A stretch of DNA of 32,000 nucleotides from Candidatus Methanoperedens sp. (lineage in GTDB: Archaea > Halobacteriota > Methanosarcinia > Methanosarcinales > Methanoperedenaceae). Below, piece after piece: positions 6,573 through 15,762 of this stretch (within the stretch, counting starts at the first letter, position 1; each line of letters starts with the position of its first letter). Where the stretch lies: contig JAPZAR010000011.1 in assembly GCA_027460535.1 (NCBI GenBank), positions 60,001-92,000 of the forward strand, read 5' to 3'. A program made the translations under genes and the position numbers. The notes beneath the pieces were generated by a model. That model was not told where the DNA came from. It saw only the letters and a program-made list of their open reading frames with translations, and did not search any database.

Positions 6573-7535
6573 TCAATATGCGGATTGAAGCGTGGATAAT
6601 CTTTGGATGCGTTTGAGCATATTGGGATGCGTGCTCAGGATTTCCATGATCTTATCCGTGGTCTTTATTTTAACTGGCTTGGTTCTGAGCATCATTAATT
6701 CGTTCCGGTCTATGCTTCCGTTTCTGTCAAGGTCAATCTGAGATAATTCCCTTAAATCGTTGCCTGCAAGTGACGGGTCATTTGCGAAAAACGCCTTCAT
6801 TCCTTCTACCTGCTTTAACGAGTCCTTCGATACCCTTGCGCTCCCATAAACGAGTTTGTATAAAGCGGAAGCTAGATGATGAGGTGCACTGCCAAGCTCT
6901 ACTGAGCCTTCATCGGCATAATATTCCCTGACCCTCGACACATACAGCACGAGAAGATTTGTCACCAGGTATAGCACAAATGCGGCAATCCCAATCAGGA
7001 CATTATTACCGCGCTCCCTGCCGCCCGAGAAGAGCGAGTTCCATGCCAGATACCAGCATATCATCGGGATTACGCTGATCATCGTCAGTACCACAACATC
7101 CTTGTGTTTCAGGTGTGACATCTCATGCCCGAGAACAGCCCTGAGCTCTTTTTCATCCAGAAGATTCATTATCCCTTCGGTAACACACACCCGCCCATCG
7201 CTCTCCCATCTCCCGAATGCGAAAGCGTTGGGGACAGGTATTTTTGCGATGCCTATTCTTGGTTTGGGGATTCTTGCATAGCTTGCAAGTTCGCCGACCA
7301 TCCTGTGAAGCGCAGGATATTCCGTCTCACTTACATATCTCACGCCCATAGACCATTCTACCATCTTTGGGCCGATCATATACTGAATGAACAGCATCAC
7401 CGAAGCCAGGATCCCGTAGAAATAAAATCCTGTCACTCCCATGTAACTTGCCGCAAATGCCACAAGTCCGTAAACTATGGCGAACATAACCGCCATTACA
7501 AGGTATAGTCTCAATTTAAGCCACATAATTTTCAC
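6573..7535 (-). CDS. htpX: HtpX-type M48 zinc metalloprotease with a C-proximal EF-hand-like insertion
   Basis: 320 aa with N-terminal TM helices, NAFAFG, the HEMSH zinc motif (aa 137-141), two further TM helices, EYYADE and a C-terminal STHPNMLKRIQRL. The loop DLDRNGSIDRNE (aa 268-279, nt 6699..6734) is extra. Confidence 0.85.
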   Translation of the reverse strand: MKIMWLKLRLYLVMAVMFAIVYGLVAFAASYMGVTGFYFYGILASVMLFIQYMIGPKMVEWSMGVRYVSETEYPALHRMVGELASYARIPKPRIGIAKIPVPNAFAFGRWESDGRVCVTEGIMNLLDEKELRAVLGHEMSHLKHKDVVVLTMISVIPMICWYLAWNSLFSGGRERGNNVLIGIAAFVLYLVTNLLVLYVSRVREYYADEGSVELGSAPHHLASALYKLVYGSARVSKDSLKQVEGMKAFFANDPSLAGNDLRELSQIDLDRNGSIDRNELMMLRTKPVKIKTTDKIMEILSTHPNMLKRIQRLSTLQSAY

Positions 7536-7550
7536 TATCTTTACTTTTTC

Positions 7551-8231
7551 TCAGATAAATACTTTGTCCAATTTATTGCGCGCCGATGCCAGCGCTTCGC
7601 TTCCTGCTATTTCGACTGCGAAGCTATCAGCCATACATTCAAGTTCCGATTCCTTATGGTACGAGAATGTCATGAGTGCCAGTTGTTTCAAGTACGGCGT
7701 TGTGGAATTGTTGCGGATATGCCAGGCCTCGTGTGCCAGTACTGCCTTCAATTCCTCATCGCTCAATAGCTCAAGAAGCCCGAGTGACAGAAAAATCGAT
7801 TTCCCTGATGCGAAAGCTCTGGGTATTGCAGAATCGTAATAGTATATCGTAGCAAACGTCAGCCTGTCCACGAATTCCTGTGTCCATTCCAAGATACTGA
7901 CTGCCGGCCTGGCATTGAGACGCTTGATCAGTATCCTGTCATAAAACCGAAGCACTCCGAACATTATTACAGAAGATATCACTACGTAAGCGAAGTAAAG
8001 ATACAAAGTCAGCATACCGCTGCATTTCATCAAATAAAATGCAGAAACGATAGCCAAAAGAACAGCTCCCTGAGCAGAAACAAATGTCAAAAGCCTCTGT
8101 TTTGGATTCCTTATTATCAGGCTCGCTGCCAGTAATGTTATCGAAATAACGACAATAAGCCCGACATAAGGAGCAAGATCTGATAACTTCAGGCAAAGCC
8201 CGAAGCAATTGAATTCACTAAATATATTCAT
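7551..8231 (-). CDS. BlaR1/M56- or M48-like membrane metalloprotease (short form, no extracellular sensor domain evident)
   Basis: 226 aa with about 4 N-terminal TM segments. The following block, PRAFASGKSIFLSLGLLELLSDEELKAVLAHEAWHIRNN (HExxH), is typical of the BlaR1/HtpX clan. Its start overlaps the upstream repressor-like gene by 4 nt. Confidence 0.65.
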   Translation of the reverse strand: MNIFSEFNCFGLCLKLSDLAPYVGLIVVISITLLAASLIIRNPKQRLLTFVSAQGAVLLAIVSAFYLMKCSGMLTLYLYFAYVVISSVIMFGVLRFYDRILIKRLNARPAVSILEWTQEFVDRLTFATIYYYDSAIPRAFASGKSIFLSLGLLELLSDEELKAVLAHEAWHIRNNSTTPYLKQLALMTFSYHKESELECMADSFAVEIAGSEALASARNKLDKVFI

Positions 8232-8587
8232 TTCTTATCACTGTATTTTGAGAAATTCTCAAGTGCGACAGGCCCGAAGGCATCCACAAGACTATCCAGG
8301 ATCTTCGTGGTGATTTCAGAAGCAGCCTCTTCTTCAGAGAAAGCTGGCTCATACACATATCGAACCCTCCCATTAATATTTTCGACATGCCGCATCGCAT
8401 ATCCTGCTTTGACCAGCCTGTCAAGTGTGCCCGCCACACTTGTCAGTGGTATCTCTGTCTTTTCTGTAAGCTCCGATGTGGTCATCTCACCTTCACCCCA
8501 TAATACCTTCATAATCTCTGCTTCAATGGGACTGAAGAACTTTGTGAGACCATCGTTAGAGATATTAATCTGATCAAGCTTAACCAT
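8228..8587 (-). CDS. BlaI/MecI/CopY-like winged-helix transcriptional repressor
   Basis: 119 aa. SPIEAEIMKVLWGEGEMTTSELTEKT...SVAGTLDRLVKAGYAMRHVENINGRVRYVYEP matches the penicillinase-repressor wHTH layout. It pairs with the downstream HExxH membrane protease. Confidence 0.65.
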   Translation of the reverse strand: MVKLDQINISNDGLTKFFSPIEAEIMKVLWGEGEMTTSELTEKTEIPLTSVAGTLDRLVKAGYAMRHVENINGRVRYVYEPAFSEEEAASEITTKILDSLVDAFGPVALENFSKYSDKK

Positions 8588-8672
8588 GAGTTTACAATTG
8601 ACGTAAACAGTATTAAAGATTGCGGGAAAAACCCAAAAACTATAATTAACAAACCTGCATGGTTAGAGTACC

Positions 8673-9650
8673 ATGGATTTGCATAAGATAGCCAGAGAGA
8701 TCAGGGAATTCGAGGGCGTGACCCGAAAAAAGCCCATTGCAGACCTGATCAATATCTTCGAGAGCGTTCGCTCTGAATATGCTAATTCTGTTGTAGATTT
8801 CGGCGATGACGCAGCCGTGATAGATATCGGAGGAGAGGATTATATTTTGTTTGCAGCAGACGGCATCTGGGGCAGGCTCATCAATGCAAGCCCCTGGTGG
8901 GCGGGCTACACTTCCGTGCTCGTCAATGTTAACGATATAGCTGCGATGGGCGGCAAACCCGTAGCCATGGTGAATGTGCTTTCTTCCGACGATAAGAATG
9001 CATGCAAGGAACTGCTAAGAGGCATCAGGGATGGAATAGCAAAATTCGGCGTCCCGATGGTGGGAGGTCATCTGCACCCCGATACACCGTACACCGCGCT
9101 TTCAGTGGCAATCATCGGGACTGTCAAAAAAGGATGCGAGATAAGAAGCGGTACGGCACGCACTGGAGATTCCATAATAGCTGCATATGATATGAAAGGA
9201 AGGATCGGCCCCAATTCGCCCTTCAGTTTTGACTCTACGACCATGAAGGAACCTGAGGAAGTACGTGCTAAGTACAGGGTGATGCAGACAATAGGAGAGA
9301 GGGGACTTGTAACGGCAGGAAAGGACATAAGCAATCCGGGCTTGATCGGAACACTTGGCATGCTCCTTGAGACCAGTTCAAAAGGCGCAAGAGTATATCT
9401 TGAAAAGATACCTGTCCCTGAAAATATTGATCTTGCTCAATGGCTAAAGGTTCATCCTGCGACGGGATTCATATTGACGTGTTCTCCTGAGAAGGAAAAT
9501 GAAGTGATACGCCTTTTTGAGGAGGGAGGATATACGGCAGCAAACATCGGCATCATAGAAGGTACATCGAGGCTTGACATCTGCCATCTGAATGAGTGCG
9601 CCACCGTATTTGATTTCAAGACTGATGTCGTCACCGGGATTACTCAATAG
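8673..9650 (+). CDS. AIR-synthase-related protein, probably methanogenesis marker protein 2
   Basis: 325 aa. FGDDAAVIDIGGEDYILFAADGIW ... VLVNVNDIAAMGGKPVAM show PurM/AIRS N- and C-domain-like blocks. The length and N-terminus fit the methanogen-restricted marker-2 family as I recall it. Confidence 0.6.
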   Translation: MDLHKIAREIREFEGVTRKKPIADLINIFESVRSEYANSVVDFGDDAAVIDIGGEDYILFAADGIWGRLINASPWWAGYTSVLVNVNDIAAMGGKPVAMVNVLSSDDKNACKELLRGIRDGIAKFGVPMVGGHLHPDTPYTALSVAIIGTVKKGCEIRSGTARTGDSIIAAYDMKGRIGPNSPFSFDSTTMKEPEEVRAKYRVMQTIGERGLVTAGKDISNPGLIGTLGMLLETSSKGARVYLEKIPVPENIDLAQWLKVHPATGFILTCSPEKENEVIRLFEEGGYTAANIGIIEGTSRLDICHLNECATVFDFKTDVVTGITQ

Positions 9651-9655
9651 GGTTT

Positions 9656-10483
9656 TCAGGAGGAGATCGCGTATCTTGCAGCCTCCTCGATTGTTCCAAC
9701 TTCCCTTATTTCGATTCCAATATAGCCTACATCACTTGCCTGCCCCAGCGGCACGAGGAACATAACTGCCCCATTCTGTTTCGCAGCAAGCGCTTTTGCC
9801 CTCGCTGCCCCGATCTTGCCAATTGAATGGTCCTCGTTTATTGTCCCCGTTATGTACACGTCATTCCTAAGTTTCTTGCCCTCCATGGCAGCTATAACCG
9901 CAAGGGTCATGGCAGAGCCCGCACTCCCTCCCGCAATCTCCAAACCCGGCGCTTCCACGGGTGCTTCTATATTGATCAACACATCTTTATTAGAAAGGCT
10001 TGTCCTGGTTACTTCACGGGCGACACGCACTGCGGTCTGCGCTGAGAATTGAAGCGTCGGATCGAAAAGCACGTTGGCAACATTGATAAAGAGACTGCCA
10101 TTTCCGTTCTTCAGGACGACCTCCACCGGGATCACATGACCTATTTCGTTCTGGTCCACCGCTACCACGCCATAGTCGCTCTTGGCGACCATTGTGAGGT
10201 TGATGATTTCCTGTTGAAGTTTCTGGCTGGCCACAGTCTCGTTTCTTAATTGCTCATCTTTCATGGATAAATTCTGCCTGAGGTCAGCTATGCTTGATTC
10301 AAGCCGGGTTATCCTTTCTTTTTGGTTTTCTGAAAGATTCTTGAGTTCGCCTATAGTTATATCTTGAAGCTTCAATTTTTGAATATTATCAAATAGTAGA
10401 ACGGACGTGCCGATCAATAAAATACTGATGATTACCGTCAGAATTTTTAGGAACCTATTATTATCCGGTAATTTCTCCACCAT
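9656..10483 (-). CDS. membrane-anchored Lon-protease-C-terminal (S16) domain protein with coiled-coil linker
   Basis: 275 aa with an N-terminal TM (ILTVIISILLIGTSVLLF) and a heptad-like stretch. The Lon proteolytic-domain blocks follow: GGSAGSAMTLAVIAA (catalytic Ser context) and ITGTINEDHSIGKIGAARAKALAA (catalytic Lys context). Confidence 0.65.
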   Translation of the reverse strand: MVEKLPDNNRFLKILTVIISILLIGTSVLLFDNIQKLKLQDITIGELKNLSENQKERITRLESSIADLRQNLSMKDEQLRNETVASQKLQQEIINLTMVAKSDYGVVAVDQNEIGHVIPVEVVLKNGNGSLFINVANVLFDPTLQFSAQTAVRVAREVTRTSLSNKDVLINIEAPVEAPGLEIAGGSAGSAMTLAVIAAMEGKKLRNDVYITGTINEDHSIGKIGAARAKALAAKQNGAVMFLVPLGQASDVGYIGIEIREVGTIEEAARYAISS

Positions 10484-10518
10484 GTTTATTAGTATTCCAT
10501 AATGTAAAAGACTTTTTA

Positions 10519-11658
10519 ATGGATTTCTCTCATATCAATTTCAGGTATTTTAGAAATAACATGCAGAGCATCGCAGCCCTTGTGCCTCTTCTTCCCGGCT
10601 CAAATATTGTTTCGGGGCCGGTCGATGGCATTATGATCTACAGCTTTGCCACGCCGCAGGCTTCATATATTTTTCGCGAAGTGGAGCAATCAAAAACAAG
10701 CTCAATATTCATTGCCGGCGGTCCTCATCCTTCGGCTCGCCCCGAGGAGACGCTTGAGTATTTTGATTATGTGGTCATTGGAGAAGGCGAGAGAACACTA
10801 CCGGAACTCACAGATGCGCTGCAAAATGGAAAGGATATTTCCTCAATTAAAGGTATGGCATTCAAAAATGATGGCAGGATGATATTCACTGGAAAGAGAG
10901 AGAGCATCGATCTGGACAGATACCCCCCTTTTAATCCTGACGTGATTCACAGCACAATAGAAATTACCCGGGGCTGCCCTTTCAAATGCGCTTACTGCCA
11001 GACGCCGCAGTTGTTCGGTCACGGGATGAGGCACCGCAGCATTGATATGATATGCAGGTACGCAAAGTTCCTAAAAGACGTGAGGTTCACATCCCCCAAC
11101 GCATTTGCCTATGGCTCTGACGGCATCCATCCGCGCATTGAAAAGATAGAGGCATTGCTCTCCTCTTTGCCGCGCGATGGGAATATATTTTTCGGCACAT
11201 TCCCGTCGGAGGTCAGGCCTGAATTCATAAGCGACAGGCTTCTTGAGCTTGTATCCGAACATTGCGCAAATACCACGATCAGCATGGGGGGACAGTCCGG
11301 AAGCCAGAGAATCCTCGACCTTATACGCCGGGGTCACACCGTTGAAGACATCGTTATCGGGGCCGAGAAATGTTTGCAGCATGGATTCACGCCCGTGGTG
11401 GATTTCATTTTCGGGCTGCCCTATGAGACCAGTGACGACCAGCTTGAAACTCTCAGGCTTATCAAATTGCTCACCGGAAAAGGAGGAAAAGTGCATTCGC
11501 ATTTTTTTATGCCTCTGCCGGGGACGGCGCTTGAGGGCGGGAGGCCAGCCCCATTATCGGGAGAGGTGGGAAAAATAATGGGCGAACTTGCACTTCATGG
11601 AAAAACAAGCGGCAGGTGGTCTAAAGCTGGATATCCTTATTCTCAACAAGAATCCTGA
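10519..11658 (+). CDS. B12-binding-like domain / radical SAM protein (MJ_1487-like family)
   Basis: 379 aa with a CxxxCxxC cluster in ITRGCPFKCAYCQTP, preceded by a Rossmann-like domain (FIAGGPHPS ... VVIGEGE). The true start may be the ATG at 10561 (MQSIAALV). Confidence 0.7.
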   Translation: MDFSHINFRYFRNNMQSIAALVPLLPGSNIVSGPVDGIMIYSFATPQASYIFREVEQSKTSSIFIAGGPHPSARPEETLEYFDYVVIGEGERTLPELTDALQNGKDISSIKGMAFKNDGRMIFTGKRESIDLDRYPPFNPDVIHSTIEITRGCPFKCAYCQTPQLFGHGMRHRSIDMICRYAKFLKDVRFTSPNAFAYGSDGIHPRIEKIEALLSSLPRDGNIFFGTFPSEVRPEFISDRLLELVSEHCANTTISMGGQSGSQRILDLIRRGHTVEDIVIGAEKCLQHGFTPVVDFIFGLPYETSDDQLETLRLIKLLTGKGGKVHSHFFMPLPGTALEGGRPAPLSGEVGKIMGELALHGKTSGRWSKAGYPYSQQES

Positions 11659-12682
11659 ACTCTTCCAGACTCACGCGCCCTGATTTTTGGAACTTCTCCT
11701 TGGCAAGTTCACGTTTCCCTTCGGTTTTCTTCTCATCCTTAGATAACTGGATTTCTTTCATCTGCTCAAGATAGACTCCAAGCTCATCCCTGAGTCTAGG
11801 AATTTCAGCCTTGAGAGCGCTTATTCTCTTTCGAAGCGGAGCTATGCCCTTATATTTCTCTGATACCTGGGCATGGTAAGAATCAGCCTCTTTTCTGATC
11901 GCGTCGATTTCATTATACAACGCTATCATCTCCTCGTGGTATTTCTGGGATTCCTGTGCAAGGGTCTGGATCTTCGCATGCAAAGAATCCATATCTGTAA
12001 AGATCCCCTTTGCCTGGTTATATTCTACAGAAATCTCATTATGTATCACATTGGCTTTTTTGGTGGCTTCAAGTCTCCTGGCCAGTTCGATGAGCCGATT
12101 ATAGACATTGATTTCATGCTCAAGCGGTATGTCGGCAGTCAGGAAAATGTTGAGTTCCTCGCTGTAAGCTTTCTCAAGAGTTTCGAATCTACCCCTTGCT
12201 TCCGTGTTCAGATCGTCACGCGTTTTTTTAAGTTCCCCGATTTTCTCACTGAATTCCTTTCCCCTGTTCTTGAGCTTATCCCTCATGGATTTCAGCTCCG
12301 CGATCCTTGCATTTGTTTCATCCCGTTTTTTTCTAAGGTCTGCCGCTTTCGGGGAAAGTTCTTTCACCTTTGCGTTCAAACTATCACGCTTGGCCTTTGA
12401 TTCCTGCCCCACATCATTATGCAGCGAGATTTCCCTGAAGGTATTCTTCAGTTCTCTCTCATTTTGTTCAATCCTTTGCCTGAGAACATTTATTTTTTCT
12501 TTCAATTCCCGTTCCGGAAGTTTCGGATATACTTTTTGAGGCACATCCTCCTTCTTCCCTGCTTCCTGATGCGATGCATTTTCGATTTTCACCTCATCAG
12601 GCGCTTCTGGTAATAACGCTGGCAATTGTTCATGAACCTGCGCCGGGAGATTATCTGAATTTGCATTATCCATTTCAGTCAA
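11621..12682 (-). CDS. long coiled-coil protein (archaeal COG1340-like)
   Basis: 353 aa, Lys/Glu/Leu/Arg-rich with heptad character for most of its length, and an acidic unstructured N-terminus. Its start overlaps the upstream coiled-coil gene by 8 nt. Confidence 0.55.
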   Translation of the reverse strand: MTEMDNANSDNLPAQVHEQLPALLPEAPDEVKIENASHQEAGKKEDVPQKVYPKLPERELKEKINVLRQRIEQNERELKNTFREISLHNDVGQESKAKRDSLNAKVKELSPKAADLRKKRDETNARIAELKSMRDKLKNRGKEFSEKIGELKKTRDDLNTEARGRFETLEKAYSEELNIFLTADIPLEHEINVYNRLIELARRLEATKKANVIHNEISVEYNQAKGIFTDMDSLHAKIQTLAQESQKYHEEMIALYNEIDAIRKEADSYHAQVSEKYKGIAPLRKRISALKAEIPRLRDELGVYLEQMKEIQLSKDEKKTEGKRELAKEKFQKSGRVSLEEFRILVENKDIQL

Positions 12683-13334
12683 CCTTTATTCCCCCTTTTT
12701 GTTTTTCCCAGTAAGTGGAAGCGCTGTTATGACTTTCTATCCTGTGCCTCAACCAGCTATGACGGCCTTCGATTTCTTTCTCTTGTTTATCATAATCCTG
12801 GGCGGATACAGTTTGCTGTTTGGGTTTACTCCCAATAGAGAGGAATTCCTTATGGCAAGAATTGGCCTCGTTCAATTTATCTACTATCGCCTTGCAGGTT
12901 ATGATCACTCCACCTTTCCTTGCCCCGGATTCAAAATCATAGAAATGTCTCTTTAATTCCACTATTATCCTTTCTTCATCCTCAATATTTTTTGAATCCT
13001 GAACCTTTTTCTCAATCTCTTCTATCCTTCCCGAAAGGCGTACCATATCTTGAAGATTTGCTGCCTTAATGGACCGCATCTTTTCGATCACCTGCCCGAA
13101 TACCTCTTCCCTCAGTTTTTTAGCCTGGTAGAAAAGCAAATGATATTTCTCATTAAGGACAGAGATCCTTGATTCTGTGGTCTCTTTTTCTTTTTTAATC
13201 TCGTCAGCTTTCTTCTGAATAGCCATTAACTTGCTGTCAATATCTGAAAATTCTGTATTATATACATCAAGAAATTTTTTATGTTTTTCGATAACAAGTT
13301 CAATTAATTTTTCGCTTTCAATTAATCCGGTCAT
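12675..13334 (-). CDS. coiled-coil protein (paralogous type to 11621..12682)
   Basis: 219 aa of heptad-rich sequence (KKADEIKKEKETTESRISVLNEKYHLLFYQAKKLREEV). Its start overlaps the DUF424-like stop by 4 nt. Confidence 0.55.
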   Translation of the reverse strand: MTGLIESEKLIELVIEKHKKFLDVYNTEFSDIDSKLMAIQKKADEIKKEKETTESRISVLNEKYHLLFYQAKKLREEVFGQVIEKMRSIKAANLQDMVRLSGRIEEIEKKVQDSKNIEDEERIIVELKRHFYDFESGARKGGVIITCKAIVDKLNEANSCHKEFLSIGSKPKQQTVSAQDYDKQEKEIEGRHSWLRHRIESHNSASTYWEKQKGGIKVD

Positions 13335-13621
13335 AATCGCACCATCTGAGCATGCGGAACACCTTTGATAAATATGACGTTTTCAGGGTCTATGCAGCCG
13401 CAGTCAACTGCACATGCCACCGATTTCTCCCCTGCTATGTTGGCGATGGTTGCACCAGACAGGGCTTCCTTAACCTCTTTCTCGGAAGCCTCATCACCTT
13501 TATAGAACCCCTCTTCCAATTTTAGAACAAGATCGCCTTCCCGGAAAATTTTACCTATTATTTCCGTGTCGCAGACGGCGACCATGATTTTCATCTCTGC
13601 ATCATATTTTTTCATGTACAT
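13331..13621 (-). CDS. DUF424-like small protein
   Basis: 96 aa. VAVCDTEIIGKIFREGDLVLKL...FYKG ... ANIAGEKSV ... KGVPHAQ resembles the archaeal DUF424 (COG2412) family as I recall it. It starts 3 nt after the MCM stop. Confidence 0.5.
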   Translation of the reverse strand: MYMKKYDAEMKIMVAVCDTEIIGKIFREGDLVLKLEEGFYKGDEASEKEVKEALSGATIANIAGEKSVACAVDCGCIDPENVIFIKGVPHAQMVRL

Positions 13622-13624
13622 GTT

Positions 13625-15742
13625 TTAGACAACCCTGAACCGTTCATTGCTCGCTTCAATTATTTCTCCCGCGCTCTTTAATTTTTGTATCATATCTTCA
13701 ACAGTATCTTTTTTGATACCTGATTCTTCCGCCTTTCTTATAATGTCTTCTATGGGTGCCGGCCCTTTATTTTCATCCTGGAGTTCCCTTATGATCTCTC
13801 TCAGTACCTTGATCTTGTCCCGCTGGCTCTTGCCCATGCCCACGTTGATGATATCCGCATCAAGCCTTCCTGTCTCCGGGTCGGTCATGACCTGCTTAAG
13901 GCTTGCCATCACGATCCTTATGACGCGGTCCGCATCCTCGGTCGTTATTATATTACTCAAACGCACGCGTGCGCTCGCTTCGGAAAGTCGGATAAGGGCT
14001 TCGAGCTGGCGAGCGGTCACTGGGACGGGAGAATTCGGGTCTTCGCCCTGCTTTCGCAGACTGAGATAGAAGTCGATCAGCTGCTTCCTGGCATCATCCT
14101 CAATAATCGGGAATATGTTCCTCTTTGTGTAAGCTATGTATTTTCGAAGCATATCAGCCTGGATAACTGGTTGTATGACCTCCATGGCTTTTGTGATATC
14201 TTCCTGTTCTATGCCTGAATTGAGCACATTATCCCTTCTCATCGAGAGCTGGCCGGCATAATGTGCTTTCAGGATATGTTCAGCAATCGCCGTATCCCGG
14301 CTGACCGATGGTTCGTCCGTCAGGATGAAAATAAGGTCAAAACGCGAGAGAAGAGCAGGGGGCATGTTTATCTGCTTTGCAATAGGTTCGTACCTGTCAA
14401 ACCTTCCGAACTTTGGGTTCGCCGCTCCAAGCAGCGCACAGCGTGATTTCAACGTAGCCATGATCCCTGCCTTGGCTATGCTTATTGTTTGCTGTTCCAT
14501 TGCTTCATGCATTGAACTTCGATCATCCGGTTCCATCTTGTCGAGTTCGTCCACGCACGCAAGCCCCATATCCGCAAGCACGAGCGCACCGGCCTCAAGC
14601 GTCCACCGCCCTTCTCCGAACTCGTCTTTGACCGCAGTGGCAGTAAGACCTGCGGAAGTTGAGCTTTTGCCACTTGTATAAATACCGCGCGGCGCAAGCC
14701 TTACAGCGTAGCGCAGCATCTGGGATTTCGCAACTCCGGGATCACCAACAAGAAGGATATGGACATCCCCGCGTATGCGTGTCCCATCTGGCAGCGATTT
14801 CGGTATCCCGGAAAAAAGCTGCATCGCCATTGCTTCCTTGACTTCCTCATAACCATATATGGAAGGCGCTATTGAATATATCACCTTCTTATAGATCTCC
14901 CGGTCTTTGCCAAGTGCCAGTATCTCCTCGATCTCTTCTTTTGATATTTCTATATCTTCAAATTCCTTGTCCTCTATCTCGGTGGAGATCCCATCAAGCA
15001 CGAGATCGAAGAACGTGCTCTTCCCTTGCTGTGTGCTTCTCTGGAATGAGCGCAATATCCCCGAAACCACCACCCTGTCGCCCGGGGCCACGATCCCGGC
15101 AAGGTCGTCATCCACATCCACATCCAGCGTCTGGGGCTGCTCACCCCCTCGCAGGTCGTCAGGTGATTCCTGTACCCGCAGCTTCTGCGCATCGATAAAT
15201 TCCGATTCTTCATGGACCAGTTTAAAAGGGCCCTTGCGCCCGCAAACGTCGTTCTCGCACTCATACGGTTCAACGAACTTACCCTCGCCCTGAGGCATCA
15301 AAGTGACATGGTCGCATCTCTGGCATTTGAACGCTGCATTTACGATCTTTGGCCTCACTTCGGTGGCTTTCCTTATAAGGCCGGAAACCGCGATGAACTT
15401 GTTGATGTGGGCGGACCTGAGTTCCCGTATCTGGATGCGTTCCGGCAGTTTGATAATTCTAACATGGGCACCGGAAAAAACAACATCCACGGGCAAATCA
15501 ATCCCCGCAAGTGCCTCGTTTGCATGTTTCATTACGGAATCGGGATGTTCTACAAGTTCTCGGGCAAGCTCCATATCGAACCGCTCAAGATCAGAAAACT
15601 GAATCGTCAGACTGCGTTTTTCCGGATAATTCTTGGCAAGTTCAAGGATGCTCTCCCAGTAATAACGCTTGAAGAAATCTTCCCATACCTGGTTCGATGA
15701 TTGTGCCATTTTTGAAACTACTAAGTACGAAGAGTACATCAA
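13625..15742 (-). CDS. mcm: MCM replicative helicase
   Basis: 705 aa with a Zn ribbon (CQRCDH...CENDVCGRK), Walker A (GDPGVAKS), Walker B (CVDELDKM) and arginine finger (SRFDLIF), plus a C-terminal wHTH. The track start at 15742 is TTG. ATG alternatives are at 15739 and 15709 (MAQSSNQVW). Confidence 0.95.
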   Translation of the reverse strand: MMYSSYLVVSKMAQSSNQVWEDFFKRYYWESILELAKNYPEKRSLTIQFSDLERFDMELARELVEHPDSVMKHANEALAGIDLPVDVVFSGAHVRIIKLPERIQIRELRSAHINKFIAVSGLIRKATEVRPKIVNAAFKCQRCDHVTLMPQGEGKFVEPYECENDVCGRKGPFKLVHEESEFIDAQKLRVQESPDDLRGGEQPQTLDVDVDDDLAGIVAPGDRVVVSGILRSFQRSTQQGKSTFFDLVLDGISTEIEDKEFEDIEISKEEIEEILALGKDREIYKKVIYSIAPSIYGYEEVKEAMAMQLFSGIPKSLPDGTRIRGDVHILLVGDPGVAKSQMLRYAVRLAPRGIYTSGKSSTSAGLTATAVKDEFGEGRWTLEAGALVLADMGLACVDELDKMEPDDRSSMHEAMEQQTISIAKAGIMATLKSRCALLGAANPKFGRFDRYEPIAKQINMPPALLSRFDLIFILTDEPSVSRDTAIAEHILKAHYAGQLSMRRDNVLNSGIEQEDITKAMEVIQPVIQADMLRKYIAYTKRNIFPIIEDDARKQLIDFYLSLRKQGEDPNSPVPVTARQLEALIRLSEASARVRLSNIITTEDADRVIRIVMASLKQVMTDPETGRLDADIINVGMGKSQRDKIKVLREIIRELQDENKGPAPIEDIIRKAEESGIKKDTVEDMIQKLKSAGEIIEASNERFRVV

Positions 15743-15762
15743 GGTTTCGAGAGGCTAAACCG

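Noticed and set aside
13647-15700. Numerous + strand ORFs of 60-160 aa inside the mcm locus (e.g. 13647..14069, 14872..15293, 15212..15700)
   Set aside because: All are antisense to the 705-aa MCM frame, which carries complete helicase motifs. Their compositions (Ser/Pro/Arg-rich) are typical of antisense frames of a GC-moderate gene.
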